Numbered from the stretch's first letter, positions 1-9,897 are shown. The stretch is 64,000 nt of DNA from a virus (IMGVR_UViG_3300022680_000058:83980-147979), one strand, 5' to 3'. Notes: generated by a model from the letters alone, not told the origin. A program made the numbers and translations.

Positions 1-296
1 CTGGAGAGCTTCGACGGATCGTAGCTGAGCATCTCTTTGATGGCAGCCTCGGTGATCATGAATGCCCCATCGATCATCTGGCCCTGAAGTCTCCCACACT
101 CGGAGAGCTCCACGACCTGTTTTCCGGTCATCCGAAGTCTTTTCGCCGCCTCCACCCAGTCATAGACTGTGGTCCAATCAGACGGCTCGAACTCGACGTC
201 CACTCGTGTGACTCTCGTCAACTCCTCAAAGAGAGATGTCTCTCTTCTAATGGCCGTCAGAAACTTCTCCCAATACTGATCCTCTGTCATCTCCAT
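1..296 (-). CDS. Partial (3' truncated) protein with excisionase/HTH_17-like helix-turn-helix
   Basis: Manual translation from ATG at 296: ...YDWVEAAKRLRMTGKQVVELSECGRLQGQMIDGAFMITEAAI...; runs off window edge. Confidence 0.5.
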   Translation of the reverse strand, partial: MEMTEDQYWEKFLTAIRRETSLFEELTRVTRVDVEFEPSDWTTVYDWVEAAKRLRMTGKQVVELSECGRLQGQMIDGAFMITEAAIKEMLSYDPSKLS

Positions 297-302
297 CACA
301 GC

Positions 303-641
303 TCACTCCTTCTCGTCGTCTCCAATTGGACGCCAGTTCGACATCCGAGGCCTGTTGCATGTTCGACAGTATCCGGAATAGCCCTGCTCGACCCGCTCAC
401 CCCGATCTGTCTTTATGGAATTCCCACACTCGGAACACACCCCCTTCGGAACGATGATATCGGGCTCGATGCCAGCGAACTCGAAAAGCTTGTTGAGCTC
501 CTCCGGGGACACCTGTGGAAGTCCCATCGAGACGAAATCCCATCTCCCATCGCCTCGATAGCATGGGTATCCATCCTGACTGTCCCAACGCATCCTCTTG
601 AGGATCGTTCCGACGAGTTCTTTCGCCTCATCCGTTTTCAT
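303..641 (-). CDS. Hypothetical protein with C-terminal CxxC...CxxC zinc ribbon
   Basis: ORF track; likely start MKTDEAKE; CSEC/CRTC motifs. Confidence 0.6.
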   Translation of the reverse strand: MKTDEAKELVGTILKRMRWDSQDGYPCYRGDGRWDFVSMGLPQVSPEELNKLFEFAGIEPDIIVPKGVCSECGNSIKTDRGERVEQGYSGYCRTCNRPRMSNWRPIGDDEKE

Positions 642-1104
642 CGAAATCTTCCTCCTGCCCAAGCTCATAAAGCATCTGAACAAAAACCTTCCGAGGAACC
701 GCGATCCAGTCCTGTTCAGCAGTCTCCACCGGGCGCCCGAGCTTTCGCCACATCTTCGAGGCTAAATCATCGAGCACACTCTTTCTGAATCTGATCGCAA
801 GAAATGGATGCTTGACGAGATCGGCAGCCTCACTCGTGATCTTGTTGAGCCACTCAGCTTTGATGCTGAGACTCTTCCCCTCAGTGGTCTTGCACTCGCC
901 GTGGAACGAAAACGTAGCAGCATCAACATTTGCCACATCTCCCTTGGCGTCGTATCGGCTCCCTGAACCCTTCTGTCGCCGACCACCCAGAGTCTTGGCT
1001 GTGGACTCCTCGTGGCGTCTGGGAGCCTCGTGGTTGGTCCTACGCCTATCAGCGTCGGGTCTCGTGAACCTCGACCCGATCGAAGGCCTCTTCTCGTCCC
1101 TCAC
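628..1104 (-). CDS. Holliday junction resolvase-like PD-(D/E)xK nuclease
   Basis: GSGSRYDAKGDV...GECKTT...SLSIKAEWLNKITSEA matches Hjc-like phage resolvase pattern; downstream of recA. Confidence 0.7.
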   Translation of the reverse strand: MRDEKRPSIGSRFTRPDADRRRTNHEAPRRHEESTAKTLGGRRQKGSGSRYDAKGDVANVDAATFSFHGECKTTEGKSLSIKAEWLNKITSEAADLVKHPFLAIRFRKSVLDDLASKMWRKLGRPVETAEQDWIAVPRKVFVQMLYELGQEEDFDENG

Positions 1105-1442
1105 TAGATCCCACCCTTGATGAGCTCGATCAGTGCCCCCATCTCTCTCTGCCTGTCGATGAGGTCTCCGACTCTTCTGTTGGCAACGATCAGAACCTCA
1201 CGAAGCCTCAACACCTCATCCATCAAGGCGTATTCGATCAACTCCTGGCTGTCGTATTCAACACCGAGGTAGTTTCCGATCTCCACAGCCCAAAACGGAG
1301 CTGTCCCATTGGGCCATGTTCCTTTTGCTCGCAGATGGATGACGTCGTTCACATCAATTGTGTGACGAAACTTCATCACGGGGTATCCTTTTCGATACAA
1401 GTCTCGAAGGATCTCTGTCCTGCTGGTTACCGTTTCAGTCAT
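1104..1442 (-). CDS. Hypothetical protein
   Basis: ORF abutting next gene; TTGACA-17-TATATT promoter upstream. Confidence 0.6.
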   Translation of the reverse strand: MTETVTSRTEILRDLYRKGYPVMKFRHTIDVNDVIHLRAKGTWPNGTAPFWAVEIGNYLGVEYDSQELIEYALMDEVLRLREVLIVANRRVGDLIDRQREMGALIELIKGGI

Positions 1443-1517
1443 GATGTCATAATATAACCTGAATAGGCTCTGTCAATCAATCAACACACACTTTCGTCCA
1501 GGTTGTATAATCGAATC

Positions 1518-1835
1518 ATGAGAGACGTCATAGAGAAGGCCGTCAGACTATTGAGGCAGGGTCACAACAGGGAGGCGCTCAGGGCTCTTGAGAGAGCTCT
1601 GGACATCACAGAGACGGCGACACCCATCCCAGCCCCCATCGAGAAGGCATGCCGCCCAAGTTTCTTTGTCGAGAAAGATGGGAATGGAGGACACCTGTGT
1701 ATTGACGACACAGGATGGCACATCGAGCCGTCAGCGCTTAAGGGTCTTCCGAGCCCTCACGATGAACGGTTTGATGAACAGGTAAAGGAGGTTCTTGACC
1801 GAGGAATCGCTACCGGTCTCATTCGCCGCCTCTAA
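1518..1835 (+). CDS. Hypothetical protein
   Basis: ORF with TATAAT just upstream of ATG at 1518. Confidence 0.55.
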   Translation: MRDVIEKAVRLLRQGHNREALRALERALDITETATPIPAPIEKACRPSFFVEKDGNGGHLCIDDTGWHIEPSALKGLPSPHDERFDEQVKEVLDRGIATGLIRRL

Positions 1836-2039
1836 CCTCCAAAGACGAGCTCTCGTCAGTATCTCAAACGAAGAGACACTGAAAGCGACGAACAAGACAA
1901 AAGTAAAGCCCGCATTGACCCACGATGGCTCGTACAACTGATTCTGAGGGACAAGCAAAAGTGCCTGCATACACACATTAAACGCAGCCAGAAACACAAG
2001 CACCTGTAGACCAATAAACTTCAGAAATAACCACCTCAT
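1731..2039 (-). CDS. Small membrane protein
   Basis: Two hydrophobic segments; ATGA-coupled to 2036..2287. Confidence 0.45.
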   Translation of the reverse strand: MRWLFLKFIGLQVLVFLAAFNVCMQALLLVPQNQLYEPSWVNAGFTFVLFVAFSVSSFEILTRARLWRLEAANETGSDSSVKNLLYLFIKPFIVRARKTLKR

Positions 2040-2287
2040 GATTCGTCCTCCCCTCTATTGTTTTGGCGCCATTGACTGCATGTCTTCCAAAAAGGGAGTG
2101 GCTCCCACCCCGTCCCTCCGTAAACACAGTCAATGTACTCCCTGTATCGGCAAGTGAAACATGTCTCGTTTCGACGCCTCCGGACGATTGCTGTGATCAC
2201 GACGTACAGTATTGCCGAAATGGACACGATAATCACCGGAGCGAACATGCACCAGATCACAATGTCTTTCATCTCCATGGCCATCAC
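2036..2287 (-). CDS. Small membrane protein with Cys-rich tail
   Basis: One TM segment then CFTC..C..C; coupled to recA stop. Confidence 0.55.
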   Translation of the reverse strand: MMAMEMKDIVIWCMFAPVIIVSISAILYVVITAIVRRRRNETCFTCRYREYIDCVYGGTGWEPLPFWKTCSQWRQNNRGEDES

Positions 2288-3576
2288 CTCGCTTGTGCGA
2301 GCTCCTTTAGAATAGCTGTTCTAACGAGTGGGGCCAGGTCAGGATCATTCGTCACAGCCATCTTGAGAGCTGCCTGACTTGCGAACCTCTCACCGGCGAT
2401 CTCGTACTTCCCGCCGTCCTTCGGCTTCGCATCCTTGTGTTCTTTGACAAGATATTTCATCGCGTTTTTGAAGATGAAATCGTCCTCCATAACAGTACCG
2501 GCTGGAACGTTGTCCGTTGATCTCATCGTTTGAGCGAATATCCCCTCAAACCCTCTTGTCGGGGCTGTCCTGTTTTTCGTGATCTTGAAATGGATCGTCT
2601 CCTTCACCGGGAAGATATTCTTCTCTTCCTTCGACCCATACGCCTCCGTGACAGCCTCGACCTTCGACGACAGGAATTTGACCTCTGCATGAATAGCAAA
2701 ATCCTGCCCCTTCCCTCCAGGTTTCGTGCTCGGATCACCGAACATGACACCGATCTTCAATCTTGCTTGGTTCACCCAAATCATCGATGTCATGATGCCC
2801 TTATTCTTGTTCCGGGCACCCATGGAGACCCATCCGCGAATCCCCTTGTTGACCAGTCTCGCCTGAAGACCTTGCTGCCACTTCTCGGCACCTTCTTCGA
2901 TCTCTGTCCTTGGCGTGAAGTGAGCCAACGAATCCACGATGACGATGTCGAACATACCCGACTCCATGATGAGCTGGATGATGTCCGACGCCTCTTCACC
3001 GTTCTCTGGTCGAACATAATAGAGACGCCGATCATCAACACCAACTTCACCAGCCCAGACAGGATCATAGGCATCCTCAGGGTCGATCCACGCCGCAATG
3101 AACTCCTCGTATGAGTTTTCGTTGAGCTCATCTTTCCACTTCTCGACTCGTATTTTGTAGTCCTTGGCACTCTCCGAGAACTTCCCCTTGCTGTCCTTCT
3201 TTCGTTCCGGAAGAATGACAGGAAGAACGGTCTTCCCCTCTTTCACACAATCACAGAACGCCTCAGCATGCCACCTGGCGTCCGAATCTTCTTCGAGCTG
3301 CTCAGGTGTCGGAGGAATCACCTCAAGGTTCTGTGCGGGTCTCAGGCACCTCCGACACAGGTTCTGATTCTTGGCAACGATTCGAGCCGCAGTCGTGGAC
3401 TTACCGCCGGACTTTTCGCCCCACAGCATGATGTTCCGACCATGAGGGAACCCACCACCAAGGCCAGCATCCAGAACAATCGATCCTGTCGTGAGCCTCA
3501 GGTCTCGTGTTCTGTTCGTTCCAGCGTTGAAATTCTTTTTGATGAGCTTGCTTGCCCCGATAGCCCGATCACCCAT
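2284..3576 (-). CDS. recA: RecA-family recombinase with Cys-rich insertion
   Basis: TGSIVLDAGLGGGFPHGR, Walker A GEKSGGKST, IVIVDSLA, QARL, NQAR.KIGVMFGDP, KNRTAP. Confidence 0.93.
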   Translation of the reverse strand: MGDRAIGASKLIKKNFNAGTNRTRDLRLTTGSIVLDAGLGGGFPHGRNIMLWGEKSGGKSTTAARIVAKNQNLCRRCLRPAQNLEVIPPTPEQLEEDSDARWHAEAFCDCVKEGKTVLPVILPERKKDSKGKFSESAKDYKIRVEKWKDELNENSYEEFIAAWIDPEDAYDPVWAGEVGVDDRRLYYVRPENGEEASDIIQLIMESGMFDIVIVDSLAHFTPRTEIEEGAEKWQQGLQARLVNKGIRGWVSMGARNKNKGIMTSMIWVNQARLKIGVMFGDPSTKPGGKGQDFAIHAEVKFLSSKVEAVTEAYGSKEEKNIFPVKETIHFKITKNRTAPTRGFEGIFAQTMRSTDNVPAGTVMEDDFIFKNAMKYLVKEHKDAKPKDGGKYEIAGERFASQAALKMAVTNDPDLAPLVRTAILKELAQAR

Positions 3577-3640
3577 GAACGCACCTCACCTCTCTGGCAT
3601 CGTCACAGATGCCCCTCAGTGACATTGATTGACATCAAAA

Positions 3641-3985
3641 TCAGTAGCTGGGATCTTTCTTCTTGTTCGAGGCGTACTCTCGAACTCCAGCGACCTCGTC
3701 CTCGATGCGTTTCTCGACGAAATTCGACGCCCAATCGTCAGCCGCTTCGACATCTTCTGGGTAACACGGGACCTCGATCGAAACATCGACACGAGCGCTC
3801 TCGTAGTCACCGATGTTCAGAGTCAGACCGTATCCACGCCTAACCCTGGCAACGGGACCATCGAACACAGCGACAGCAACAACCTCATCACTGTGGACTT
3901 CTCGGCCCGTCCCCTTTCTGTACACGTACCTATTGTCGATTCGTGCTACCGTTGCTTCTTCGTGAGGTCCATTCTCCTTCGACAT
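3641..3985 (-). CDS. Conserved-type phage hypothetical protein
   Basis: GLTLNIGDYESARVDVSIE motif; RBS GGAGGAG upstream. Confidence 0.65.
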   Translation of the reverse strand: MSKENGPHEEATVARIDNRYVYRKGTGREVHSDEVVAVAVFDGPVARVRRGYGLTLNIGDYESARVDVSIEVPCYPEDVEAADDWASNFVEKRIEDEVAGVREYASNKKKDPSY

Positions 3986-4003
3986 AATCTTCTCCTCCTG
4001 AAC

Positions 4004-4019
4004 AGGCAATCAATTGCCC
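4004..4019. repeat. Dispersed 16-bp palindrome copy 1
   Basis: AGGCAATCAATTGCCC (1 mismatch). Confidence 0.8.
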
Positions 4020-4022
4020 ACC

Positions 4023-4904
4023 TCATCCAGTTGAAAGAATCCCTTCATCAGGGAGTGGCTTGAATTCAGACCGTTCGAGAGCTTCTTCAATGTCACCCTC
4101 AAACCCAATGGGGACTCCGAGCTCTTTCCAGGACAACCTGATCGCCTCTTTCATCCCCTCATCGACAGGATAAAGGCGCCTCTTGTTACCCACAGCTCGC
4201 CTCACAGCCTCCATCATCTCAAACGTGTAGTACCGATACCTTCGAGTCCCCTGGACGTATGGCGTCCTTGGAATCAGTCCAGTCTGCTCCCACTGGTTCA
4301 GCGTCTGGATAGACCGATCAACGATGAAAGAGAACGCTCCGATCGAAAACATCGCGACCTCGTTCCCATCCTTCAGCCTAAAGAATTTCGGCCTCTGGCT
4401 TCTCGGGACACGAACCATCGCGTTGGTAACATCCACGTTCACATCAGACACGCCGAGATTGTCCCAAGCATCCTTGATCTCTTTGATCATGGACTCGTCG
4501 ACAGGGAACAACCTACGCTTGTCCCCGACGGCACGCTTGACGACCTCCATCATCTCACGAGTATAGAACCTGAACTTCCGCTCCCCATAGACGTATGGGG
4601 TATTCGGAATGATGCCGCTGGAGATCCAGTGATTCAACGTCTGGACAGATCGCCCCACGAACGCCGCGAAATCACCGATCGGATACAGAGTGACCTCTTC
4701 CCCATTGTCAAGAGTAAGAGTCCGGAGCTGCTGGTTCCTCGGGACACGAGCTGTTACGACATCCCGTTGCCTCTCCCGATAATTAGCAGATCTCCTCAAG
4801 ACTTTGTCCCTGTACTCTGGATCGTTGTCGTATCGCTCTTTTCGACGTTTCGCCACGTCACCCTTATTCTTTTCATACCAATTCTTGAAGTAGTCTCCAG
4901 GCAT
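4023..4904 (-). CDS. DNA-binding protein with two tandem MerR-like HTH domains
   Basis: Internal duplication: IGDFAAFVGRSVQTLNHW...IPNTPY...RFYTREMM and IGAFSFIVDRSIQTLNQW...IPRTPY...RYYTFEMM; GGAGG RBS. Confidence 0.75.
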   Translation of the reverse strand: MPGDYFKNWYEKNKGDVAKRRKERYDNDPEYRDKVLRRSANYRERQRDVVTARVPRNQQLRTLTLDNGEEVTLYPIGDFAAFVGRSVQTLNHWISSGIIPNTPYVYGERKFRFYTREMMEVVKRAVGDKRRLFPVDESMIKEIKDAWDNLGVSDVNVDVTNAMVRVPRSQRPKFFRLKDGNEVAMFSIGAFSFIVDRSIQTLNQWEQTGLIPRTPYVQGTRRYRYYTFEMMEAVRRAVGNKRRLYPVDEGMKEAIRLSWKELGVPIGFEGDIEEALERSEFKPLPDEGILSTG

Positions 4905-4949
4905 ACCTCCTCCTAAACAATACAAATATCAGACCATCACATGGGATTG

Positions 4950-5201
4950 TCAAGGGTTAGAGCGTTTTGGAGGCGATTCTATGCCCCCACGAGCGAACTC
5001 TTTTCCAGGGACGTATGAAACATCCCTTGGGCAATGCTTCTCAAACACAGTGAACATCTCATCAACCGCCTTAACAATCTCTCCAGTCGCCACCTCGCCA
5101 GCTCTAGCAACCTCTTCCATCCTCCTCGTCAGAACACGCCTGATGTCGAGCCTGAGAATCATATCCTCGTACTTGTTACCCTTTCGAGACCTTGAACTCA
5201 T
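4950..5201 (-). CDS. Hypothetical protein
   Basis: Fills gap between helicase and MerR-like gene. Confidence 0.5.
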   Translation of the reverse strand: MSSRSRKGNKYEDMILRLDIRRVLTRRMEEVARAGEVATGEIVKAVDEMFTVFEKHCPRDVSYVPGKEFARGGIESPPKRSNP

Positions 5202-7059
5202 TGCTCCAATAGTACCTTTCTCGCCACGCCACTCTTCGAGAAGAGATCGGGACGCCAATGTCTACGATGTCAAAAATAATCGGGACACCCTTGCCCTTAC
5301 ACTTCCCAGCTTTCCATGGACAATAGTGCTCACACTTCCCAGGGTCTTTTGGATCTGGCAAGCAATGGCGCCGACCTCTACCAACAGACTGTTCAACATC
5401 AGATGTCGGGGTGGCGAATCCAACCACATCGATCGGAGGGATATCGGTTCCCTCACTCACCATCTGGAATGACGCAAAAACAACCCTCGCCCGCTCTGCC
5501 TCATAAAGCTCCTCATCAGTAAGAGCTCGCTTCTTTTCCTCAGACTTCTGTTTGATCTTAAAGTACGACGCCAGCTTGTAGAGAGCATCGTTCGAGAGAT
5601 CTTCAAGGATGATTCTCCTAAAACCATCCTCGCTGTGATTGAACTTGTCATTCTCGCACTCAAGAAACTTTTGCGGGAATCCCTCCAGGATCTCCGCTGG
5701 CAACGACACCTCATGGACCTTCTCTTTGGGGTGGTCACCCTCTTCATCAATCGGGAGATATCCGGCCTCATCCACAGCGAGACGATGATAGATAGACCCT
5801 GAATTCCCTTTCCGACGGCTCAAGCTCTTGTAGATAGCGTCAATGGCCATCTCCCTGCCGCCATCTTCCATAGGCCAATCACCCTTCCTGAGGCGTGCTG
5901 TCTTCACACCGGTAAACCACTCCCCCACATAGAATCCAGTCGTGATACCAGCCGATGACAAGTCCTTGTCATTCCTCACAGCCGCCATCAGGTCCGATTC
6001 CAGGCTCCTCAGGTGTTCGAGCCGCTCTGATAGAATCAAAATCTTCCGTCCAGATGATGCCTTCAGAGCCTTCTTCGTCTCCTCGATGATCTTCCAGTTC
6101 CGAGCCGTCAGCTTCGACAGCATCGTGATCGACACAGCGTCATTCATGTCTCTCATGAGTGGTGGAGGCGCCGATACAGGCTTCGGAACCATGACCATCC
6201 GAATATACGGTTTCGGCATCTCTGTGAGCGCCTTGACAATGATCTTGCCAATATGCCACCAGAACACACGATCAGCTCCATCTTTCCGTCTCGGAGTCGC
6301 CGTCAACCCAAGACGAATCGCCGCCGCAAACATCTCTGGAGCCACAGACCACGATGGAGCACCCACGCGGTGACACTCATCTAGAACCAAAACTCCAGGT
6401 CTCTCATATAGCGCCCTCGGGTATCTGTTCCCATCTTCGAGAGCCAAGGACTCCACCATCGCGACAATAATGTCCTTGTCCTCGAAATCACACACCGGAC
6501 CTCGAACCTGCCCGATCTTGGCGCCTGGGAAGAACTTCTTCGCCCGAGAAATCCACTGTTTGAAGAGGAGCTCTTTGTGGACCAAAATGATCGCTGGCAT
6601 CGCCATTCTGTGTATGAACGCAAGGCCAGTCACAGTCTTTCCAAACCCAGTCCCAGCTTGGAAGATACCCCCAAGAGAAAGTCCCAAATCCCTGTTGGAG
6701 TGGCCCTCCAGGCTCATAATCGGGCTGTAGTGCTCGACGAGTTTGTCAACGATCTCCCCCTGCTCCTTGTATGGACCCTCGTGACGGATAGTTGATTCAT
6801 ACTCTCTCTTCTCACCAAACGTGAGGTCCCACTCGTACTCGTAGTCCCCTTTCGCCGTCTGGAACCAGAAATCTCTCGGAACTCCGAATTCTATCTCTGT
6901 CTCTGACCACGCCTTGATCGGGGTTGGCTTCACGTCGTCATCACCGAAATTCCCCATCTTCTTCGGGACAATGAGAAGCTTCTCACGAAGATGCTCGAAG
7001 ACTCTCGGGTCCATCTCAGCCTTCGGAAGCCACACGAGCCCATCAACTCTGATCTTCAT
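5176..7059 (-). CDS. Superfamily 2 (DExH) helicase, UvsW/ResIII-like
   Basis: AGTGFGKT, VLDECH, GLTATP.RKDG, SEGTDIP, QSVGRGRR. Confidence 0.9.
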   Translation of the reverse strand: MKIRVDGLVWLPKAEMDPRVFEHLREKLLIVPKKMGNFGDDDVKPTPIKAWSETEIEFGVPRDFWFQTAKGDYEYEWDLTFGEKREYESTIRHEGPYKEQGEIVDKLVEHYSPIMSLEGHSNRDLGLSLGGIFQAGTGFGKTVTGLAFIHRMAMPAIILVHKELLFKQWISRAKKFFPGAKIGQVRGPVCDFEDKDIIVAMVESLALEDGNRYPRALYERPGVLVLDECHRVGAPSWSVAPEMFAAAIRLGLTATPRRKDGADRVFWWHIGKIIVKALTEMPKPYIRMVMVPKPVSAPPPLMRDMNDAVSITMLSKLTARNWKIIEETKKALKASSGRKILILSERLEHLRSLESDLMAAVRNDKDLSSAGITTGFYVGEWFTGVKTARLRKGDWPMEDGGREMAIDAIYKSLSRRKGNSGSIYHRLAVDEAGYLPIDEEGDHPKEKVHEVSLPAEILEGFPQKFLECENDKFNHSEDGFRRIILEDLSNDALYKLASYFKIKQKSEEKKRALTDEELYEAERARVVFASFQMVSEGTDIPPIDVVGFATPTSDVEQSVGRGRRHCLPDPKDPGKCEHYCPWKAGKCKGKGVPIIFDIVDIGVPISSRRVAWRERYYWSNEFKVSKG

Positions 7060-7784
7060 TCAGAACCCCACAACAAGTCAGTAGCTCCAAGGAAAGGCCC
7101 ATACTTTCCACGCCCAATCAATGATTTTGGCATGAGAGATATCGTTCCAACATTTGCATGTGCAACAGGAACAATAAATCGACCCTTTATCTTGTCATCT
7201 TCAACACACAATAGATCATAAAAGTCACAATCTTTCCCATACTTTATGCTTCCAAACTGATACCATCCAGTTTTGTTCAATATCGACGACTTCACATCAA
7301 CTCTTTTCCCATTTACCAACAAATCAAACGGAGCCTTTGTTGACTGCTCTTCAACATTCATACCTAAAGCACGAAAAAATACAGATTCACTCCTCTCCCA
7401 TTTCTGACCCCTGTGTGTCTCAGAGCCCTTCTGTCCAAGCGAAAGTCTCTTGGCCCAACACCGAAAACCACCTCTTTTCGAGATCACACACGCCAAATCA
7501 TTTCTACCAGCATTTCGCAGCTCCCCTACGGAAGGCATTCTTCCGAACTCCTCACAAAAAGGTTGGAGTTCGGAAGTAATACGCTCCTCAGTCCATGGAG
7601 CACCGCCCCCCTTTGTCTCCAACCCAAGTTTCTTTGCCCAAGCATAAAAACCTCCGGTATTCGACACAGCAAACCCAAGACCACTTAGCCCAGCAGCCTT
7701 TAGCTCGTCGTTTGACGGGAGCCTTCCATCAGACGAAAGTTTTAGAAGAGCGTCACCAATTGCTTCATCTGTCCATTTTTTCAT
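7056..7784 (-). CDS. Putative homing endonuclease (helical repeats + PD-(D/E)xK domain)
   Basis: Two KWT(D/E)E...(L/M)PS..EL...G repeats then APFDLLVNGKRVDVKSS; visibly more AT-rich than flanks. Confidence 0.65.
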   Translation of the reverse strand: MKKWTDEAIGDALLKLSSDGRLPSNDELKAAGLSGLGFAVSNTGGFYAWAKKLGLETKGGGAPWTEERITSELQPFCEEFGRMPSVGELRNAGRNDLACVISKRGGFRCWAKRLSLGQKGSETHRGQKWERSESVFFRALGMNVEEQSTKAPFDLLVNGKRVDVKSSILNKTGWYQFGSIKYGKDCDFYDLLCVEDDKIKGRFIVPVAHANVGTISLMPKSLIGRGKYGPFLGATDLLWGSE

Positions 7785-7829
7785 TCACCAAACGTACATG
7801 ATGAAGCAATCAGTGTCCAATAGAAATCT

Positions 7830-8612
7830 CTAATACGGAATGTCCTCATCGAGCGCATTGTCATCGGAGCTGTTGTCTTCCTGGCCAGAACCGCTCCCAC
7901 CGCTCGAAGAGCTCGAAGGACCACCGAGGAGAGTGAGGAGGTCCGCATTGCTTCGAGGCTTGATGATTTCCTCGAAGTTGTAGGGCTCGATCGGGTTGTA
8001 CTTCAGGAATTTCTCCAGGGTCATGTGCTTCTTCTCGTCGTCGATCCGCTCGTTGACCCTCTTGATGTGATCCGGGAGTTGAGCCTTGACCCATGCGACC
8101 ACGGCGTCTGGCTCGATGACCTCCACGACCGTGATGTCGTCACCCACACGCTCCGTCTGCTTCCCTGAGCGGTAGCAGTCGATGACGAGCCCGCGAAGGT
8201 GCCCATGCTGCTCCTTCAGTCTCTTGAGCTTCTTGAGGGTCCCCGGTCTGTCCTTCCCACCGAGTTTCGGCTCGAAGATCTTCCGACTGAAGCACCAGAG
8301 CCTGCCGTCCTTCCCCTCATTCGGCGTGAGCGTGATGATGGTGTGGAGCCCGACGAAATATGGCCGCTTGTCCGGGAATCTGTCACAGACGGCACACACG
8401 TTCTCCATGCGATTGTTCCGCTTGCACGGCTCGTAATTGTCCCACGAACCGTTGGCCTGGAACTTGTGCTCCCAGAACATCATAGGGTCGTCATCGAGAA
8501 TGATGACACGCTCGGTCTGGTCGACGTTGACCCAGAACCTGGACGGCCCCTTTGAAGGGACATCATCGTAGGCGTGATCCGTCGCTTCGTACCCAGTTTT
8601 GAACCAGCTCAC
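7830..8612 (-). CDS. Single-stranded DNA-binding protein (gp32-like)
   Basis: H..C..CxxC zinc motif, Ser/Gly linker and acidic tail ending DEDIPY; between primase and helicase. Confidence 0.75.
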   Translation of the reverse strand: MSWFKTGYEATDHAYDDVPSKGPSRFWVNVDQTERVIILDDDPMMFWEHKFQANGSWDNYEPCKRNNRMENVCAVCDRFPDKRPYFVGLHTIITLTPNEGKDGRLWCFSRKIFEPKLGGKDRPGTLKKLKRLKEQHGHLRGLVIDCYRSGKQTERVGDDITVVEVIEPDAVVAWVKAQLPDHIKRVNERIDDEKKHMTLEKFLKYNPIEPYNFEEIIKPRSNADLLTLLGGPSSSSSGGSGSGQEDNSSDDNALDEDIPY

Positions 8613-8700
8613 TGTCTTCACCTCCGTACTCAATGAGTACACTTTCCAGTGCTTTCTCGCACCCTGTTATCCGACAATATTAACACATAGTAGGCAACTG

Positions 8701-9897
8701 TCAAGCTGCAACATCAAAAGGTGGCGGACCCAAGAGGTCCAACAAACCATCGGCCCCCATCCCCCCAGGATCTTTACCTTCTTTCGGTATCCTTGCCATC
8801 ACTGGGATACGCCATGCGATCTTTGCCCTGATCTCCTCAGCCATCTTTCGACCAGCAGCATCACCATCCGGCACGACAAGTACCTTGTTGTAGTAAGCGA
8901 TCAACTTCTCGATCTGGCTGTCACCAGGTGCGGACCCGAGCAGAGCAACCACAGGGCGATACCCGAACTGCCAAAGAATCAAAGCGTCCAGGTGTCCCTC
9001 TACGACATACACGAGAGAATCACCATCCTGAACACGATTCTCCCCGAACAGGTGAAGGTTTCGCTTGAACCCGTCGTTGTGAAGATACTTTGGCGTTGAC
9101 GGCTTCTTACAGCCCGCACAACGCTCTTCATCACCGGTAGGCTCTCCACACCTGGAACACGCCAGCACGCCGTCAGGCTCCAGATGACGACACTCCACAC
9201 ACCGATTCTCTCTGGTTGTCTTGGATGACCCACACCACTGGCAGGCGTAGCGACGTCCAGACACCGCCACAAGGCGTCCAGAGCGGTCCCTCATCGGGAT
9301 CAGAAGTCTCCTCATCCTTTTGTCGTGGCCGAGCTCCCACGCCTTGCACGTCTCGATTGTGAGCCCACGATCCAAAGCATACCTCGGGATGCTCCCAATA
9401 AATGGCTCATAGTGAGACCATGGGATCGACAGGACTTCCTCGGCCTCCCGAATGGCTTCTTTATTGTGCCAGGCAATATCCTCGTCTGTCCCCCCCGCAT
9501 CTTTGATCTGTCGCTCGATCTTCTTCTTCTCAATCTCTTCGTGGGTGATCTTCAGGACACGCTTTCTGGCCTGATGGATGGTCGCATCCACCCCTTTTGG
9601 AACCTGCTCAGACTCGCCATCGAGATACTCAATGAACGGAAACAGGTCCGCCCCTGTCTTCGACATGTAGAGGAGGACAAGGTCTCGAAGAGGGCCGCTC
9701 TCGTGACATGTCCGGCATGCATAGATCGGGTCTCCGCTCCCCCCCTCAAGAATGACCATCGATGGTCGGCTGTCTCGACCCTTCGCATGTGTCCATTGAG
9801 CGAGAAGGCAGTTACACCTGACCTTCATGTTATCCTTGGTCGACACCTCCCGAGCCCCAAGAGCTCGCACGATCGACTCCACCTTGTAGACATTCAT
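8701..9897 (-). CDS. DNA primase (Zn-finger + Toprim)
   Basis: N-terminal C..H..DSRPS..CRTC; IPMRDRSGRLVAVSGR; PKYL; VVEGHLDAL; DGDAAG; KDPG. Confidence 0.9.
   Translation of the reverse strand: MNVYKVESIVRALGAREVSTKDNMKVRCNCLLAQWTHAKGRDSRPSMVILEGGSGDPIYACRTCHESGPLRDLVLLYMSKTGADLFPFIEYLDGESEQVPKGVDATIHQARKRVLKITHEEIEKKKIERQIKDAGGTDEDIAWHNKEAIREAEEVLSIPWSHYEPFIGSIPRYALDRGLTIETCKAWELGHDKRMRRLLIPMRDRSGRLVAVSGRRYACQWCGSSKTTRENRCVECRHLEPDGVLACSRCGEPTGDEERCAGCKKPSTPKYLHNDGFKRNLHLFGENRVQDGDSLVYVVEGHLDALILWQFGYRPVVALLGSAPGDSQIEKLIAYYNKVLVVPDGDAAGRKMAEEIRAKIAWRIPVMARIPKEGKDPGGMGADGLLDLLGPPPFDVAA

Noticed and set aside
3100-3370. Intein in recA (and in primase/helicase inserts)
   Set aside because: No HN-C/S/T splice junction or LAGLIDADG motifs; inserts look like zinc-binding loops.
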